A DNA stretch of 64,000 nt from Gammaproteobacteria bacterium (GCA_027324195.1 DAHVTM010000013.1:6950-70949), one strand, 5' to 3'. Shown: positions 25,547 to 42,029, counted from the first letter of the stretch. Numbers and translations: made by a program. Notes: generated by a model not told the origin, from the letters alone.

Positions 25547-26403
25547 TGGCCCTCCGTCATGCGCGCACGCCCCGCCAGATCGCGGTGCGTGCGCACTGTA
25601 ACAAAGCCCCGCTCGGCAAGCTCGCCCGCCACCGCCGGTCCCTGTGTCGCGCCGTGCTCGAGCAGCAGCCAGCCGCCGGGCGCCAGATGTGCGGGCGCGG
25701 CGTGAATGATCGTGCGCAGGCAGGCGAGCGCATCGGCGCCGGGCGTCAGTGCCAGGCGAGGCTCATGGCCGAGCGCCTCGAGGGCCGGATCGTTCGCAGC
25801 AACGTACGGTGGATTGCTGATCAGCAGGTCGAACGGACCGGCGGGCAGCGCCTCGCACCAGCTGCCAAGCGCAAAAGCGATGCGCCCGCCGGCGAGCGCC
25901 GCGGCGTTGGCCCGGGCGACGGCGAGGGCCTCGGCAGACAGATCCGTGGCGACAATCTGCCAGCTCGGGCGTTCGGTGGCGAGCGCGATTGCAATCGCTC
26001 CCGAACCGGTACCGAGATCTGCAATCCGCCCCTGCGCAGCGCCGCGCAGCAGCAATGCGCGCTCGATCAGCAGTTCGGTCTCGGGGCGCGGCACGAGCAC
26101 CGCCGGACTCACCGCCAGCTCGAGTGTCCAGAACCCTTTGCGACCGAGCAGATAGGCAACCGGCTCACCGCTGGCTCGCCGTTCGATCAATTCGAGGAAG
26201 CGGCCGGCGCGCTCGGCATCCACGCCATCCTCGGGGTGGGAACGGATGCGCGCGCGCGTCACGCCCAGCGCCTCGGCGAGCAGCACTTCGGCGTCGAGCT
26301 GCGGACTGGCGTCACGCAGCGCAGCGGCGCGCAGGCGCTGCGCTGCCGCATCGCACAGTGCACCAAGGGTCTTCGCAGCGGACTGAATGGCGATTCGAGT
26401 CAT
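25528..26403 (-). CDS. prmC: Release-factor glutamine N5-methyltransferase PrmC (HemK)
   Basis: Start ATG 26403; SAM motif DLGTGSGAIAIAL and NPPY motif LLISNPPYV. Confidence 0.9.
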   Translation of the reverse strand: MTRIAIQSAAKTLGALCDAAAQRLRAAALRDASPQLDAEVLLAEALGVTRARIRSHPEDGVDAERAGRFLELIERRASGEPVAYLLGRKGFWTLELAVSPAVLVPRPETELLIERALLLRGAAQGRIADLGTGSGAIAIALATERPSWQIVATDLSAEALAVARANAAALAGGRIAFALGSWCEALPAGPFDLLISNPPYVAANDPALEALGHEPRLALTPGADALACLRTIIHAAPAHLAPGGWLLLEHGATQGPAVAGELAERGFVTVRTHRDLAGRARMTEGQWPTNR

Positions 26404-26423
26404 GAGACAGTTATGATTGGCTG

Positions 26424-27218
26424 ATGGCCACGACACTCTATCCGCCCGCACGTCCGCGCACTTTCGCAGAATTGCTCGATGCGAGCTTGAAGATCTTCCG
26501 GATCACCCTGCCGAAATGCCTGCCCTACGCCTCCATGGCCATCCTCTTCGGCCAGCTCTCCACCCTCTATGATCTGGCTCGCGGTCAGCTGCCCGCACCC
26601 CGCGACCTCAATGACCCGGTATGGGTCACCCTCTACACGGTCGGCTCCCTGCTGTTCGTCGTCCTGTGGATGGCGATGCTCCTGCGCCAAGCGTCCGTGG
26701 CCGCCGGCCGACCTCCCGGAGTGAGCGATCTGCTCGAGGCATTGAAGCAGACCCCGGCAATTGCTGCGATCTGCCTGATCGTCGGAGCGCTGCTGCTGGT
26801 GCTGATCGCCCCGCCCCTCACCCTGGCCGAACCCTACCGCTCCATCGGCTTGGGCGTGATGCTGTTGCCGACGGTCTATCTGTCCGTCGGACTCTCGCTC
26901 GCCCTGCCCGCCCGCATGCTCGCCGGCAAGGGGGTACTGGAGAGTCTCGCGTACAGCCTGCGCCTGATTCGCGGCCACTGGGGACGCACCGCGCTGCTCT
27001 ACGCAGTCGGCTCCTGCATCATCATCGCCGTTTATCTGTTCACGGCGGTCATGGTGGCAATGATACTGCCCGATGCCGGCCGCGCCCAGGCGGCTGCGCG
27101 CGCGGTCATGGCTGCCGTCGTGCTGGCCGACGGCGCGATGGCATTGATTTTCTCCACGGCCATGCTGCTCACCGTGTTCGCCGATCTGGAGTTGCGCCAG
27201 CTCGCGCGCGGCGACTGA
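26424..27218 (+). CDS. Polytopic inner-membrane protein, unknown function
   Basis: 264 aa with about 6 hydrophobic segments. I recognise no family. Confidence 0.5.
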   Translation: MATTLYPPARPRTFAELLDASLKIFRITLPKCLPYASMAILFGQLSTLYDLARGQLPAPRDLNDPVWVTLYTVGSLLFVVLWMAMLLRQASVAAGRPPGVSDLLEALKQTPAIAAICLIVGALLLVLIAPPLTLAEPYRSIGLGVMLLPTVYLSVGLSLALPARMLAGKGVLESLAYSLRLIRGHWGRTALLYAVGSCIIIAVYLFTAVMVAMILPDAGRAQAAARAVMAAVVLADGAMALIFSTAMLLTVFADLELRQLARGD

Positions 27219-27239
27219 AGCGCCGCGCCGCCGGCACGC

Positions 27240-31048
<3,809 letters not shown>

Positions 31049-31052
<4 letters not shown>

Positions 31053-31996
31053 TGCAACTCCCCAGCCGCATGCGCGCGGTCCGCGCAGGAGCGCACCGGC
31101 GCGGCGGGCCGCAGTCCGAGCGTACGGCAAATCGCGTAGGTGAGTTCCGCGCGATTGAGCGTGTAGAAATGAAAGTCGCATACGCCGTGGCGTTCGAGCA
31201 TTTTGACCTGCTCGATGGCGACGCTCGCGGCGATCAGGCGGCGCGTTTCCGGATCGTCCTCAAGGTCGGCGAAGCGCTCGTGCAGCCATGGCGGGATGCT
31301 CGTCCCGCAGCGCGCCGCGAAGCGCCGCACCTGCTCGAAGCGGGTGATCGGCAGGATACCGGGCACGATGGGCACGCCGATTCCGGCCGACGCGCAGCGG
31401 TCGCGAAAACGCAAGAAGACCGAGGTGTCGAAGAAGAATTGCGTGATCGCACGGCTCGCGCCCGCATCGACTTTGCGCTTGAGATTGTCCAGATCGAACT
31501 GCGGCGATGGCGCCTCGGGATGCGTCTCGGGATAGGCGGCCACGGAGAGCTCGAAATCCCCGACCCGGCGCAGCCCCGCCACCAGATCGGCCGCATAGGG
31601 GAAGCCATCGGGGTGCGGCGCGTAGCCTGCCGCACCCTGCGGAGGATCCCCGCGCAGCGCGACGATGTGGCGAATGCCCTGCTGCCAGTATTGCCGAGCG
31701 AGATCGAGGATTTCCCCGCGGCTCGCGCCGACGCAGGTCAGATGCGGTGCACCGATGAGGGCGCTATCGCGCCGGATGCGGCTGACCAACTGTTGGGTGA
31801 GCGAGCGGGTCGAACCATCCGCCCCATAGGTCACGGACACAAACCGAGGCTGCAGCGGAGCGAGACGCTCGATGGAGCGCCACAGCGTCGCTTCCATGGC
31901 CGCTTCGGCCGGCGGGAAGAATTCGAATGAAACGTTGATCACAGTCTGTTCCCTCTGGCGTGCGCGGCAAACCGCCGCAACGGGTATCACCCTCAA
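31049..31996 (-). CDS. metF: 5,10-methylenetetrahydrofolate reductase
   Basis: [10 protein letters not shown]... The start is ambiguous: TTG 31996 (TTGA overlap with the upstream stop) or GTG 31942. Confidence 0.9.
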
Positions 31997-32901
31997 CCGG
32001 TACGGCTCAGGGGCAGGCTGCCGTGGCGCAGCACGGCCGAAGCGGCCAGCACATGCTGGCCATCGGCCTCTATGGGCCGGATGCGCTGGCAGTCAAAGCC
32101 CGCCTCGGCCAGACGGCGGCGCAACCGTGCGATCGGATGCTCGACGACGCGCTCGGCTTGACTGGTCTGGTAACGCTCGAGCAGCCACAGCCGCCCGTCA
32201 GGATGCAGGGCCTCGCGCACCGTCACGAGCGCCGTCGGCCCGATCGGGTCTGCCGCCGCGAGATGATCGATGAGCACCGCCTCAAATGGGCCCGCCAGGC
32301 GTTGCAGGTCCACCGCAGCCAACCGCTCGCTGCTCGCGGCCTGCACGATCCGGCAGTTCAAGCGGTCCCGCTCGAGCAGCGCGCGAGCCGCCTGTGCGGC
32401 GCGCCGCGAATGCGCGATCGCCGTACACGCGATACCGAGCCTAGCCACGCTCCACAGCAGCTCCGGATGCTCGAGACCGACCCACAGCATCGACGCCGGT
32501 CGCTTGGCAAGTTCTGCCTCGCACACGGCGCGCAGCTCGCGAACCAGGCGCGAGGCCGTCTGTCCAGCCGCAGCAACGGTGGAGCCGCCAGCACGCTGCA
32601 GATCCTGCGTCAACGCCTGATCGGCACGATCAAGCTGCGCGAGCAGTCCTTGTGCGAACTCGGCCGCCGCGGTGGCACGTGTCAGGCGGTAGTGCACCCA
32701 TTGCCCCTGGCGCAGACGCTCGACCAAGCCAGCCTCGGTCAAGATGCGCAGATGTCGGGAAACCCGTGGCTCGCTCTGGCCCAAGACGTGCGCCAGATCC
32801 GAAACGCTCAGGTCCCGCGCTGCGCACAAGGCCAGCAGCCGCAGTCGCGTCGGCTCTGCCGTAGCCCGCAACCAGAGCAGGACATTCGGAAGTGAAGACA
32901 T
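31993..32901 (-). CDS. sahR: ArsR-family HTH fused to a SAM-methyltransferase-like domain (SahR-type regulator of methionine/SAM cycle)
   Basis: N-terminal LRATAEPTRLRLLALCAARDLSVSDLAHVLGQSEPRVSRHLRILTEAGLVERLRQGQWVHYRL (ArsR/SmtB wHTH). C-terminal MTase-like LHPDGRLWLLE. It lies immediately upstream of metF-metH in the same orientation. Confidence 0.6.
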   Translation of the reverse strand: MSSLPNVLLWLRATAEPTRLRLLALCAARDLSVSDLAHVLGQSEPRVSRHLRILTEAGLVERLRQGQWVHYRLTRATAAAEFAQGLLAQLDRADQALTQDLQRAGGSTVAAAGQTASRLVRELRAVCEAELAKRPASMLWVGLEHPELLWSVARLGIACTAIAHSRRAAQAARALLERDRLNCRIVQAASSERLAAVDLQRLAGPFEAVLIDHLAAADPIGPTALVTVREALHPDGRLWLLERYQTSQAERVVEHPIARLRRRLAEAGFDCQRIRPIEADGQHVLAASAVLRHGSLPLSRTG

Positions 32902-33069
32902 CTATTTTTTAAGAATTGCACAAATCTTTAAACGTAGGATAGCAGAGCGGCTGCTTCAGTACCAGCCTTGAAGATGGGAAGTCCTTTACCGGACGGTCTG
33001 TCGACTGCCGAGCCAGCGCCCCAGTATGGCCGGGAGGGAGGGCTGACGAATCGCTCCGCTCGCGCGGCC

Positions 33070-34008
33070 TCAGTGAATCAGCGGCGAGACGTCACTCGCG
33101 CCGCTGTCGGTGAACAGCGCCTCGACTGCCTCGGCATCGAAACGATAGGGACGACGGCAGAATTCGCAGGTCACCGTGACCGCCCCTTCTTCGGCCAGAA
33201 TTTCTTTCACCTCGGCGGCGCCCAACGCACGCAGCAGCGATGTGACCCGCCCCTCGCCGCAGCGACATTCGAACGCTACCGGCGCGCCGCGAAACAGGCG
33301 CACATCGTACTCGGGAAGCACCGTCCCGACCTGCGCCTCGATGCTCTCACGCAGCAACGCCTCGGGGCTGATCCGCCCCATCCCGAGCTGCACCGAGCGC
33401 CACAATGCATCGGTGTCCGCATGCTGCGCGGTCTGCGGCAATTTCTGCAGGAGCAGGCCGGCGCACCCCTCGGCATCCGCGGCCAGCTGCACGCGGGTGG
33501 GCAGCTGCTCCGAGGCATTGAAGTACTCCTCCAGCGACTGCGCCAGCGAGTCGCCGGCAACCGGCACGATGCCCTGATAGCGCAGGTTGCGCTCATCCGC
33601 TTCGATGGTGACCGTGAACCGGCCGCCCTCACCGGCAAGCGCCCGAAACGCCTCGCCCACGCAGGCCTCGCCACCGATCGTCGCCGCCAGGGACTCATCG
33701 TAGTGCGCAACCGCCCGGACCCCGAAGTCGTGCGTGCACTGGGCCACCAGCAGCTTCACCGCACCGGAGCCCTGAATCTGCAGTGTCAGGCGCCCCCGGA
33801 ACTTCAGTGCCGCAGCGAGCAGCACGGAGGCCGCGACCGCTTCGCCGAGCAGGGCCCGCACTGGCGGCGGGTACTCGCCGTTGGCGCGCAGCTCGCGCCA
33901 CGCGCTGCCGAGGCGCACCCAGTGCCCTCGCACCGGCTGCGCATCGACCAGAAAGCGACGAACCGTATCGTGTCCGAGATCAGCATCCATGGGCGCAGCA
34001 TGGGGCAT
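33070..34008 (-). CDS. hslO: Hsp33 redox-regulated chaperone
   Basis: 312 aa (alternative ATG 33990). C-terminal zinc centre FECRCGEGRV...VTCEFCRRPYRF. Confidence 0.9.
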   Translation of the reverse strand: MPHAAPMDADLGHDTVRRFLVDAQPVRGHWVRLGSAWRELRANGEYPPPVRALLGEAVAASVLLAAALKFRGRLTLQIQGSGAVKLLVAQCTHDFGVRAVAHYDESLAATIGGEACVGEAFRALAGEGGRFTVTIEADERNLRYQGIVPVAGDSLAQSLEEYFNASEQLPTRVQLAADAEGCAGLLLQKLPQTAQHADTDALWRSVQLGMGRISPEALLRESIEAQVGTVLPEYDVRLFRGAPVAFECRCGEGRVTSLLRALGAAEVKEILAEEGAVTVTCEFCRRPYRFDAEAVEALFTDSGASDVSPLIH

Positions 34009-34021
34009 TCGCCCCTGCGAC

Positions 34022-35461
34022 TCAACCGGAGAGCTTGCGCTTCAACAGTTCGTTCAACTGTGCCGGATTCGCCTTGCCCTGAGTCGCCTTCATGACCTGA
34101 CCGACGAAAAAGCCGAAGAGCTTGTCCTTGCCGGCGCGGTACTCGGCGAGCTGGGCCGGATTCTTGGCCATGACGGCCTCGATCGCCTGCTCGATGGCCG
34201 AGGTGTCGGTGATCTGCTTCAGTCCCTTCGCCTCGATGATGGCATCGGCGCTCTCTGCGCTCGCCCACATCGACTCGAACACCTCTTTGGCGAGCTTACC
34301 CGAGAGGGTCTGATCGGCAATACGCACCAGCAGGCCAGCGAGGCGCTCGGCCGGCATTCTCCCCGAGCCGATTTCGAGCGCTTCCTTGTTGAGCACGGCC
34401 GCCAGATCGCCCATGACCCAGTTGGCGGCGAGCTTCGGCTGCTGCGGAGCGGCACGCACCACCGCTTCGTAGTAATCGGCCAGATCGCGGCTCGCCGTCA
34501 ACACCCCGGCGTCATACGCCGACAAGCCATACTGACTGACGAACCGGCTCGCCTTGGCATCGGGCAATTCCGGCAGTCCCGCCCGGATCGCCTCGATCTC
34601 GGCCTCATCGAGCTGAAGTGGCAGCAAGTCCGGATCCGGGAAGTAGCGATAGTCGTTCGCCTCCTCCTTCGAGCGCATCGAGCGCGTCTCGCCCTTCTCG
34701 GGGTCGTACAGGCGCGTCTCCTGAATCACCTTGCCCCCGGACTCGATGAGCTCGATCTGGCGGGCCGCCTCGTACTGGATCGCCTTTTCGACGTAGCGGA
34801 AGGAGTTGATATTCTTGATCTCGGCACGCGTGCCGAACTGGTCCGATCCCACCGGCCGCACCGAGACGTTCGCATCGCAGCGAAAGGAGCCTTCCTGCAT
34901 GTTGCCGTCGCAGATCTCCAGGTAGCGCACCAGGGTGTGCACCTTCTTCATGTAGGCGACCGCCTCTTTCGCCGAGCGCATCTCCGGCTCCGAGACGATC
35001 TCGATCAGCGGCGTGCCGGCGCGGTTCAGATCGATGCCGGTCAGTGCCCCGAGCCCTTCGTGCAACGACTTGCCCGCATCCTCTTCCAGATGTGCGCGGG
35101 TCACACCGATCCGCTTGACCGAGCCGTCCTCGAGCACGATGTCGATCGACCCGGCCGCCACGATCGGCAACTCGTACTGGCTGATCTGATAGCCCTTGGG
35201 CAGATCCGGATAAAAGTAGTTTTTGCGTGCGAAGACCGACTGGCGCGCGATGCGCGCGCCGATCGCGAGCCCGAAGCGCACGGCCATGCGCACCGCCTCG
35301 GCGTTCAGCACCGGCAGCACCCCCGGATAGCCGAGATCGACGAGACAGGCCTGCGTGTTCGGTGCCGCCCCGTAGGCGGTCGCCGCCCCGGAAAAGATCT
35401 TCGAACGCGTGGCGAGTTGGGCGTGGATCTCCAGCCCGATGACCGTTTCCCAAGCGCTCAT
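34022..35461 (-). CDS. gatB: Asp/Glu-tRNA(Asn/Gln) amidotransferase subunit B
   Basis: 479 aa; [16 protein letters not shown]; ATGA overlap with the gatA stop. Confidence 0.95.
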   Translation of the reverse strand: MSAWETVIGLEIHAQLATRSKIFSGAATAYGAAPNTQACLVDLGYPGVLPVLNAEAVRMAVRFGLAIGARIARQSVFARKNYFYPDLPKGYQISQYELPIVAAGSIDIVLEDGSVKRIGVTRAHLEEDAGKSLHEGLGALTGIDLNRAGTPLIEIVSEPEMRSAKEAVAYMKKVHTLVRYLEICDGNMQEGSFRCDANVSVRPVGSDQFGTRAEIKNINSFRYVEKAIQYEAARQIELIESGGKVIQETRLYDPEKGETRSMRSKEEANDYRYFPDPDLLPLQLDEAEIEAIRAGLPELPDAKASRFVSQYGLSAYDAGVLTASRDLADYYEAVVRAAPQQPKLAANWVMGDLAAVLNKEALEIGSGRMPAERLAGLLVRIADQTLSGKLAKEVFESMWASAESADAIIEAKGLKQITDTSAIEQAIEAVMAKNPAQLAEYRAGKDKLFGFFVGQVMKATQGKANPAQLNELLKRKLSG

Positions 35462-36915
35462 GCGTACTGCTCCGGGATGCGCAGATGCCAGTCCGTCTCG
35501 AGCTGGTAGCGGTGTGCCGCATGCAGCAGCCGCTGTTCGGCAAAGTGCGGCCCGATGATCTGCAACCCGGCCGGCAGCCCGCCGGCGAACCCACAGGGGA
35601 TGGACATCGCCGGCAGGCCGGCCAGATTCGCGCTGATGGTGTAGATGTCGTTCAGATACATGGTGATCGGATCGGCGGTCTTCGCCCCGAGCGCGAAGGC
35701 CACCGTGGGCGTGGTCGGTCCCACCAGCAGATCGACCTCGCCGAAGCCGCGCTCGAAATCGGCGCTGATGAGCCGGCGCACACGCTGCGCCTTGAGGTAG
35801 TACGCATCGTAGTAGCCGGCCGACAGCACATAAGTGCCCGTCATGATGCGCCGCTTGACCTCGACGCCAAAGCCCTCGGAGCGCGAGCGCTTGTACAGAT
35901 CTTGCAGATCACGGGCCTCGGCGCAGCGATGTCCGAAGCGCACCCCGTCGTAGCGGGCGAGATTCGAGGAGCACTCCGCCGGCGCCACGACGTAATAGAC
36001 GGGGACCGAGAGCGGAATGTTCGGCAAACTGACCTCGCGCAGCGTTGCGCCGAGCCGCTCGTACACCGCCAGCGCCTCACGCACGCACCGCTCATACTCG
36101 GGCTCGAGTCCCGTATCGAAGAATTCCTTCAGCAGCCCGATCTTCACGCCCGCGAGCGGCGCGTCGAGCCCGGCCGGGTAGTCGGGCACCGGCGTATCGA
36201 CGCTGGTCGAGTCACGCGGGTCAAAGCCCGCCATCTCGCGCAGCAGCCGCGCCGCATCTTCGGCACTCGCGGCGAGCACTCCGCCCTGATCGAGACTCGA
36301 GGCAAACGCGATCATGCCGTAACGCGAGACCCGGCCGTACGTCGGCTTGATGCCCGTGATGCCGCAAAACGCAGCGGGCTGACGGATCGAGCCACCCGTG
36401 TCGGTGGCCGTGGCGGCGGGCACCAGCCGGGCGGCGACCGCCGCGGCCGACCCGCCTGAGGAGCCCCCCGGCACGAGCGCGGCGTTCCAGGGATTGCGCA
36501 CCGGCCCGAAGTAGCTCGTCTCGTTCGAGGAGCCCATCGCAAACTCGTCCATATTGAGCTTGCCCAGCATCACCGCGCCGGCCGAACGCAGCCGCGCCAC
36601 CACGGTCGCATCGTAAGGCGAGATGAAATTCTCGAGCATTCGCGAGCCACACGTGGTGCGCACGCCGGCGGTGCAAAAGAGGTCCTTGTGACCGATCGGC
36701 ACGCCCTCGAGCGGGCCGCCGCGACCGGCCGCGAGCGCCCGGTCGGCGGCCTCGGCCTGCGCGAGCGCCTGCTCGGCGGTGATCGAGACGAAGGCGTTGA
36801 GCGCCGGCTGGCTCGCCTCGATGCGCGCCAGAAACGCGCGCACCAGCTCGACACTGGAGACCTTGCGGGCCCGCAGCGCGGCGGCGAGCTGACTCAGGGT
36901 TTGGCGGTGAATCAC
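35458..36915 (-). CDS. gatA: Glutamyl-tRNA(Gln) amidotransferase subunit A
   Basis: Amidase signature [12 protein letters not shown]. The start is set at GTG 36915, just downstream of the gatC stop. The track ORF is over-extended into gatC. Confidence 0.92.
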   Translation of the reverse strand: MIHRQTLSQLAAALRARKVSSVELVRAFLARIEASQPALNAFVSITAEQALAQAEAADRALAAGRGGPLEGVPIGHKDLFCTAGVRTTCGSRMLENFISPYDATVVARLRSAGAVMLGKLNMDEFAMGSSNETSYFGPVRNPWNAALVPGGSSGGSAAAVAARLVPAATATDTGGSIRQPAAFCGITGIKPTYGRVSRYGMIAFASSLDQGGVLAASAEDAARLLREMAGFDPRDSTSVDTPVPDYPAGLDAPLAGVKIGLLKEFFDTGLEPEYERCVREALAVYERLGATLREVSLPNIPLSVPVYYVVAPAECSSNLARYDGVRFGHRCAEARDLQDLYKRSRSEGFGVEVKRRIMTGTYVLSAGYYDAYYLKAQRVRRLISADFERGFGEVDLLVGPTTPTVAFALGAKTADPITMYLNDIYTISANLAGLPAMSIPCGFAGGLPAGLQIIGPHFAEQRLLHAAHRYQLETDWHLRIPEQYA

Positions 36916-36928
36916 GGGTTCGGGGGCC

Positions 36929-37219
36929 TCATTCAATGACCTTGGGCACCAGGTAGAGCCCGGAGGCGACCTGCGGCGCATTCCTCTGGTAGAGCTCGTG
37001 CTCGTCCCGCTCGGTGACCTCATCGGGACGCAGCCGCTGGGTGAGGCCCGGCAGCGGATGGGCCATGGGCGCCACGCCCGCGGTGTCGGCCCGCTCGAGT
37101 TCGCCGATGAAATCGACGATGCGTGAGAGGCTCTGCTGGAACTGCGGGATCTCGCCCGCCTCGAGCTCGAGGCGGGCGAGATGGGCGATGTTTTCGACTT
37201 GCTTGCGGGTGAGGGCCAT
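36929..37219 (-). CDS. gatC: Amidotransferase subunit C
   Basis: 96 aa from ATG 37219: [23 protein letters not shown]... Confidence 0.9.
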   Translation of the reverse strand: MALTRKQVENIAHLARLELEAGEIPQFQQSLSRIVDFIGELERADTAGVAPMAHPLPGLTQRLRPDEVTERDEHELYQRNAPQVASGLYLVPKVIE

Positions 37220-37294
37220 CGGTAGTTCGGGCGCAGCGGGAATACGGCCCGAAATCATACATGTTGCCTTGCTCAATGTGCTATCGGTTGCTAG

Positions 37295-38413
<1,119 letters not shown>

Positions 38414-38424
38414 CCGCGCGCGCC

Positions 38425-39531
38425 GTGGCCGGTTTCGGCACCCGGAGCGGATCGGCGCACGGCCGCGGGGGAGCCCCGGGGTTCCGGTTCACACTCTACG
38501 CGCTGGTCTCCATCGTCATCATGGTGCTCGACCAGCGGACAGATCTGTTGGAGCGGGCACGCTACCTGCTGCAGGCGCTCACCTATCCAGTCGAGGTGAC
38601 GGTCAACGCCCCGCTTGCCGCCTGGCACTGGCTCGAGCACACCTTCACCTCGCGCACGACGCTCGAGGCGCAGAACCGGCAACTGCGCACCCGCATGCGG
38701 GATCTGGAGGTGCGCACGCTGCGCTTCGATGCACTCGCCCGCGAGAATGCCGCACTGCTCGGCCTGAAGCGCGCCGTGCCACCGGTGGCCAAGCGCTGGC
38801 TGCCGGCGGACATCGTCGACATCGAACTGAGCCGGCTGCGCCAGCGGGTGCTCATCGACCGCGGCACTCGCAACGGGGTCTACCGCAACCAGGCGGTCCT
38901 CGATGACTACGGAGTGGTCGGACAGACCATGCACGTCGGACCGTGGAGCGCCGTGGTTCTGCTCATCACCGATCCAGAGCATGACCTGCCGGTGCAGATC
39001 GCGCGCACGGGGTTTCGTACCCTCGCCGTCGGCACCGGTGATCCGAACGCGCTCGCCCTGCCGTACCTGCCGGCCAACGCAGATGTGCGCGTGGGCGATG
39101 TGCTGGTCACCTCCGGACTCGGCGGAGTCTTCCCCTCCGGTTATCCGGTGGCGCGCATCACGCAGATTCACCGGGGCGCAATCCAACCGATGAACCAGGT
39201 GCTGGCCAAGCCGTTCGCGCACCTGCAGACCGATCGGGCAGTCATGCTGCTGTGGTTCCGCCCCGACAGTCCCGCAGCACCGGTGCAAACACAGGCGGGG
39301 CAGCTGCTCTCGGGCAACCCTGCCGCCCAGCCGCTTGCTCCACCGCCTGCGCCGACGCCGGCTCCGGCGGCGTGCACCCCGGCGAGCGGCGCGGCGGCCG
39401 GAGCCGCGCAGCCGGCGGTCCCGGGCACACCGGCGCCGTCTCCCGCCGGTCACGCCGCCCGGACTCCGGCGGCCACGGTGAAGCCTACGTCTGTTGCGCC
39501 GCCCCGTGGCACGCCACCACACCACCCATGA
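38425..39531 (+). CDS. mreC: Rod-shape-determining protein MreC
   Basis: Start proposed at GTG 38425, after the mreB stop. TM segment LYALVSIVIMVLD, then coiled coil, then beta domains. Pro/Ala-rich C-terminal tail. Confidence 0.85.
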   Translation: MAGFGTRSGSAHGRGGAPGFRFTLYALVSIVIMVLDQRTDLLERARYLLQALTYPVEVTVNAPLAAWHWLEHTFTSRTTLEAQNRQLRTRMRDLEVRTLRFDALARENAALLGLKRAVPPVAKRWLPADIVDIELSRLRQRVLIDRGTRNGVYRNQAVLDDYGVVGQTMHVGPWSAVVLLITDPEHDLPVQIARTGFRTLAVGTGDPNALALPYLPANADVRVGDVLVTSGLGGVFPSGYPVARITQIHRGAIQPMNQVLAKPFAHLQTDRAVMLLWFRPDSPAAPVQTQAGQLLSGNPAAQPLAPPPAPTPAPAACTPASGAAAGAAQPAVPGTPAPSPAGHAARTPAATVKPTSVAPPRGTPPHHP

Positions 39532-40001
39532 GCACCTCGCCCCGCGGAGCCATCTGGACCTCAGCGATCGTCGCGCTGGTGCTGACGCTCGTCCCGCTGC
39601 CGACCTGGCTGGCTATCCTGCGTCCCGATTTCCTCGTGCTCGTGGTGTTTTACTGGTCAGTGCAGACCCCGCGCAGCGTCGGCATCGGATTTGGCTGGAT
39701 CTGCGGCATGCTGCTCGATGCGTTTCAGGGTCCGGTGCTCGGCGAGCACGCACTCGCCGTCGCGCTGGTGGCTTATCTGGGCGTGCGCGAGCATCAGCGC
39801 ATTCGCACCAAACCGCTGCTACAGCAGGGACTGGTGTTGCTGGCGGTGCTGGTGCTCTACGAATTCGTGTTGTGGGCCATCGACGGTTGGAGCGGCCATC
39901 CGCTCACGACGCCGCTGCGCTGGGTGCCGGCCCTCACCGGGGCGCTGCTGTGGCCCTTGGTCGCCGGCGTGCTCGCCCAAAGCTACCGGCCACGCGCCTG
40001 A
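39528..40001 (+). CDS. mreD: Rod-shape-determining protein MreD
   Basis: 157 aa; ATG 39528 forms ATGA with the mreC stop; multi-TM. Confidence 0.85.
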   Translation: MSTSPRGAIWTSAIVALVLTLVPLPTWLAILRPDFLVLVVFYWSVQTPRSVGIGFGWICGMLLDAFQGPVLGEHALAVALVAYLGVREHQRIRTKPLLQQGLVLLAVLVLYEFVLWAIDGWSGHPLTTPLRWVPALTGALLWPLVAGVLAQSYRPRA

Positions 40002-40019
40002 TCGCTAGCGCCCGCAGAC

Positions 40020-42029
40020 ATGCCCCCCGTCCGCATTAAGGACCATTGGCGCGAACAGCGCATGTTCAACCGACGCGCGTGGTTCGCCGGCGCGCTGATG
40101 GTGCTGGCCGCGTGCGCGGTACTCGGCCGGTTGTACTACCTGCAGGTCATCCGCCAGCACTACTATGAAGTGCTGTCCCTCGACAACGGCGTGCGCACGG
40201 TGCCGATCCCCGCTGCCCGCGGACTGATCCTCGATCGCAACGGCGAGGTGATTGCCTCGAACCGCCCGACCTTCGACCTCGACCTCACGCGCGACGCAAC
40301 GCCCGATCTGCACGATGAACTCGAGCATCTGGTCCGGCTCGGACTGCTGCAGCAGAGCGACCTGCCGGAACTGATCCGCACCATACGCTCGCACGAGCCG
40401 TTCGATACCGTGCCGATCCGCCTGGATTTATCCGCGCAGGAAGTGGCGCGCTTTGCGGTGCGCCGCTACGAATTCCCGGGCATCGACGTCAGCTCGCGAC
40501 AGGCCCGCTGGTACCCGTTCGGCAAGCTCGCGGTCGATGCGATCGGCTACGTCGGCACCATCAGCGCCGGGGAGCTCGCGCACCTCAATCAGGCCGCCTA
40601 CGCCGGCACCGCGGTGATCGGCCAGACCGGCGTTGAAGCGACCTACGAGAAAGACCTCCACGGGACCAACGGCTACCGGCAGACGCTCGTCGATGCGCTC
40701 GGCCGCCCGGTACGCCGTCCCGGGGCACTCGGCCACGAACTGCACTTCAAGGCGCCGGTCCCCGGCGATGACATCGTGCTTTCGCTCGACCTGAAGCTGC
40801 AGCGGCTCGCCGAGCAGCTGCTGAAGGGCCAGGACGGGGCAGTGGTCGCCATCGACCCCTGGAACGGCGATGTGATCGCCATGGCGAGCTCCCCTTCCTT
40901 TGATCCGAACCTGTTCGCCCGCGGCATCACGGAGAAAGAGTACCGGGCGCTCACCGACGACCCGCGCCGCCCGATGTTCAACCGGGCGCTGCGCGCCCAA
41001 CTGCCCTCCGGCTCGACCATCAAGCCGGCGCTCGCACTCGGCGCGCTCACCGACGGGGTGATCAACGCCGATCACAAGATCTACGCAGCGGAGGCGTACC
41101 ACCTGCCCGGCAGCGCCCATCTGTACCACAATGCCATGCACGAGACCTGCGGCTGGGTCGGCTTGCGCATGGCGATCATCATGTCCTGCGATGTGTACTT
41201 CTACCGCCTCGCGCACGAGATGGGCATCGACCGACTGTCCGCATGGCTGCCGAATTTCGGCTTCGGCCGCCGCACCGGCATCGACATCCCCGGCGAGAAT
41301 CGCGGTCTGGTGCCCTCGCGAGCCTGGAAGCGGCGCCAATTCAGCAATCCGGCCCAGGGCGAGTGGTTCCCCGGCGATACGGTCATTCTGGGCATCGGCC
41401 AGGGTTATTTCCTGGTCACACCCCTGCAAATGGCGCATTACACGGCCATGCTGGCCACGCGTGGCCTGAGCTACGAGCCCCGCCTGGTGACCGGCGTGCG
41501 CAACCCGGGCACCGGCAAGCTCCACTGGAAGCGGCCGGTGCTCAACGCCAATCTCACCATGATCAGCCCGGCGTCATGGAAGGTGGTGGTCAAGGCCATG
41601 GTCGGGGTCACCACCAATCCGCGCGGTACCGCGTACTGGCAGTTGCACACCAGCTCCTATCCCATCGCGGGCAAGACCGGCACGGCGCAGCTGGTGCGCG
41701 AGGGCGCCAAAGGCGCCTCGAACGAAGGGTCGTATCATGCCGACAAGACCCTGAAGCAGCTGCGTGACGACGCCTGGTTCATCGCGTTCGCGCCGGCGAA
41801 TGCGCCGCGCATCGCAATTGCCGTGCTGGTCGAGCATGCCGGGTGGGGCTCATCAGGCGCAGCCCCCATTGCCCACAAGCTGTTGGATGCGTACCTCCTC
41901 GGTCCGGACGGCAAGCTGCTGGCGCACCCCGGACGGGGGCCATACTCCGAGCCGGCGGGCATCCGGACGCGCGTTGCCCCTGGCGTCGACCCACACATGA
42001 CTGCACTGCAGCAAGCCGCCGCGCCATGA
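40020..42029 (+). CDS. mrdA: Penicillin-binding protein 2 (elongasome transpeptidase)
   Basis: 669 aa; SxxK SGSTIKPA; KTG AGKTGTAQ. Confidence 0.93.
   Translation: MPPVRIKDHWREQRMFNRRAWFAGALMVLAACAVLGRLYYLQVIRQHYYEVLSLDNGVRTVPIPAARGLILDRNGEVIASNRPTFDLDLTRDATPDLHDELEHLVRLGLLQQSDLPELIRTIRSHEPFDTVPIRLDLSAQEVARFAVRRYEFPGIDVSSRQARWYPFGKLAVDAIGYVGTISAGELAHLNQAAYAGTAVIGQTGVEATYEKDLHGTNGYRQTLVDALGRPVRRPGALGHELHFKAPVPGDDIVLSLDLKLQRLAEQLLKGQDGAVVAIDPWNGDVIAMASSPSFDPNLFARGITEKEYRALTDDPRRPMFNRALRAQLPSGSTIKPALALGALTDGVINADHKIYAAEAYHLPGSAHLYHNAMHETCGWVGLRMAIIMSCDVYFYRLAHEMGIDRLSAWLPNFGFGRRTGIDIPGENRGLVPSRAWKRRQFSNPAQGEWFPGDTVILGIGQGYFLVTPLQMAHYTAMLATRGLSYEPRLVTGVRNPGTGKLHWKRPVLNANLTMISPASWKVVVKAMVGVTTNPRGTAYWQLHTSSYPIAGKTGTAQLVREGAKGASNEGSYHADKTLKQLRDDAWFIAFAPANAPRIAIAVLVEHAGWGSSGAAPIAHKLLDAYLLGPDGKLLAHPGRGPYSEPAGIRTRVAPGVDPHMTALQQAAAP

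Noticed and set aside
23041-26403. prfA and prmC being on opposite strands and separated by mtgA and a PPIase, as a rearrangement signal
   Set aside because: Both genes are intact with normal contexts. Gene order varies among proteobacteria. There are no repeats or mobile elements at the junctions.
32902-33069. SAH or cobalamin riboswitch in the sahR-metF-metH leader
   Set aside because: The minus-strand leader has a CUGGCUCGG-like stretch. It lacks the complementary AACGGCGCUC-type 3' strand of the SAH element and has no B12-box. This was judged by eye only.
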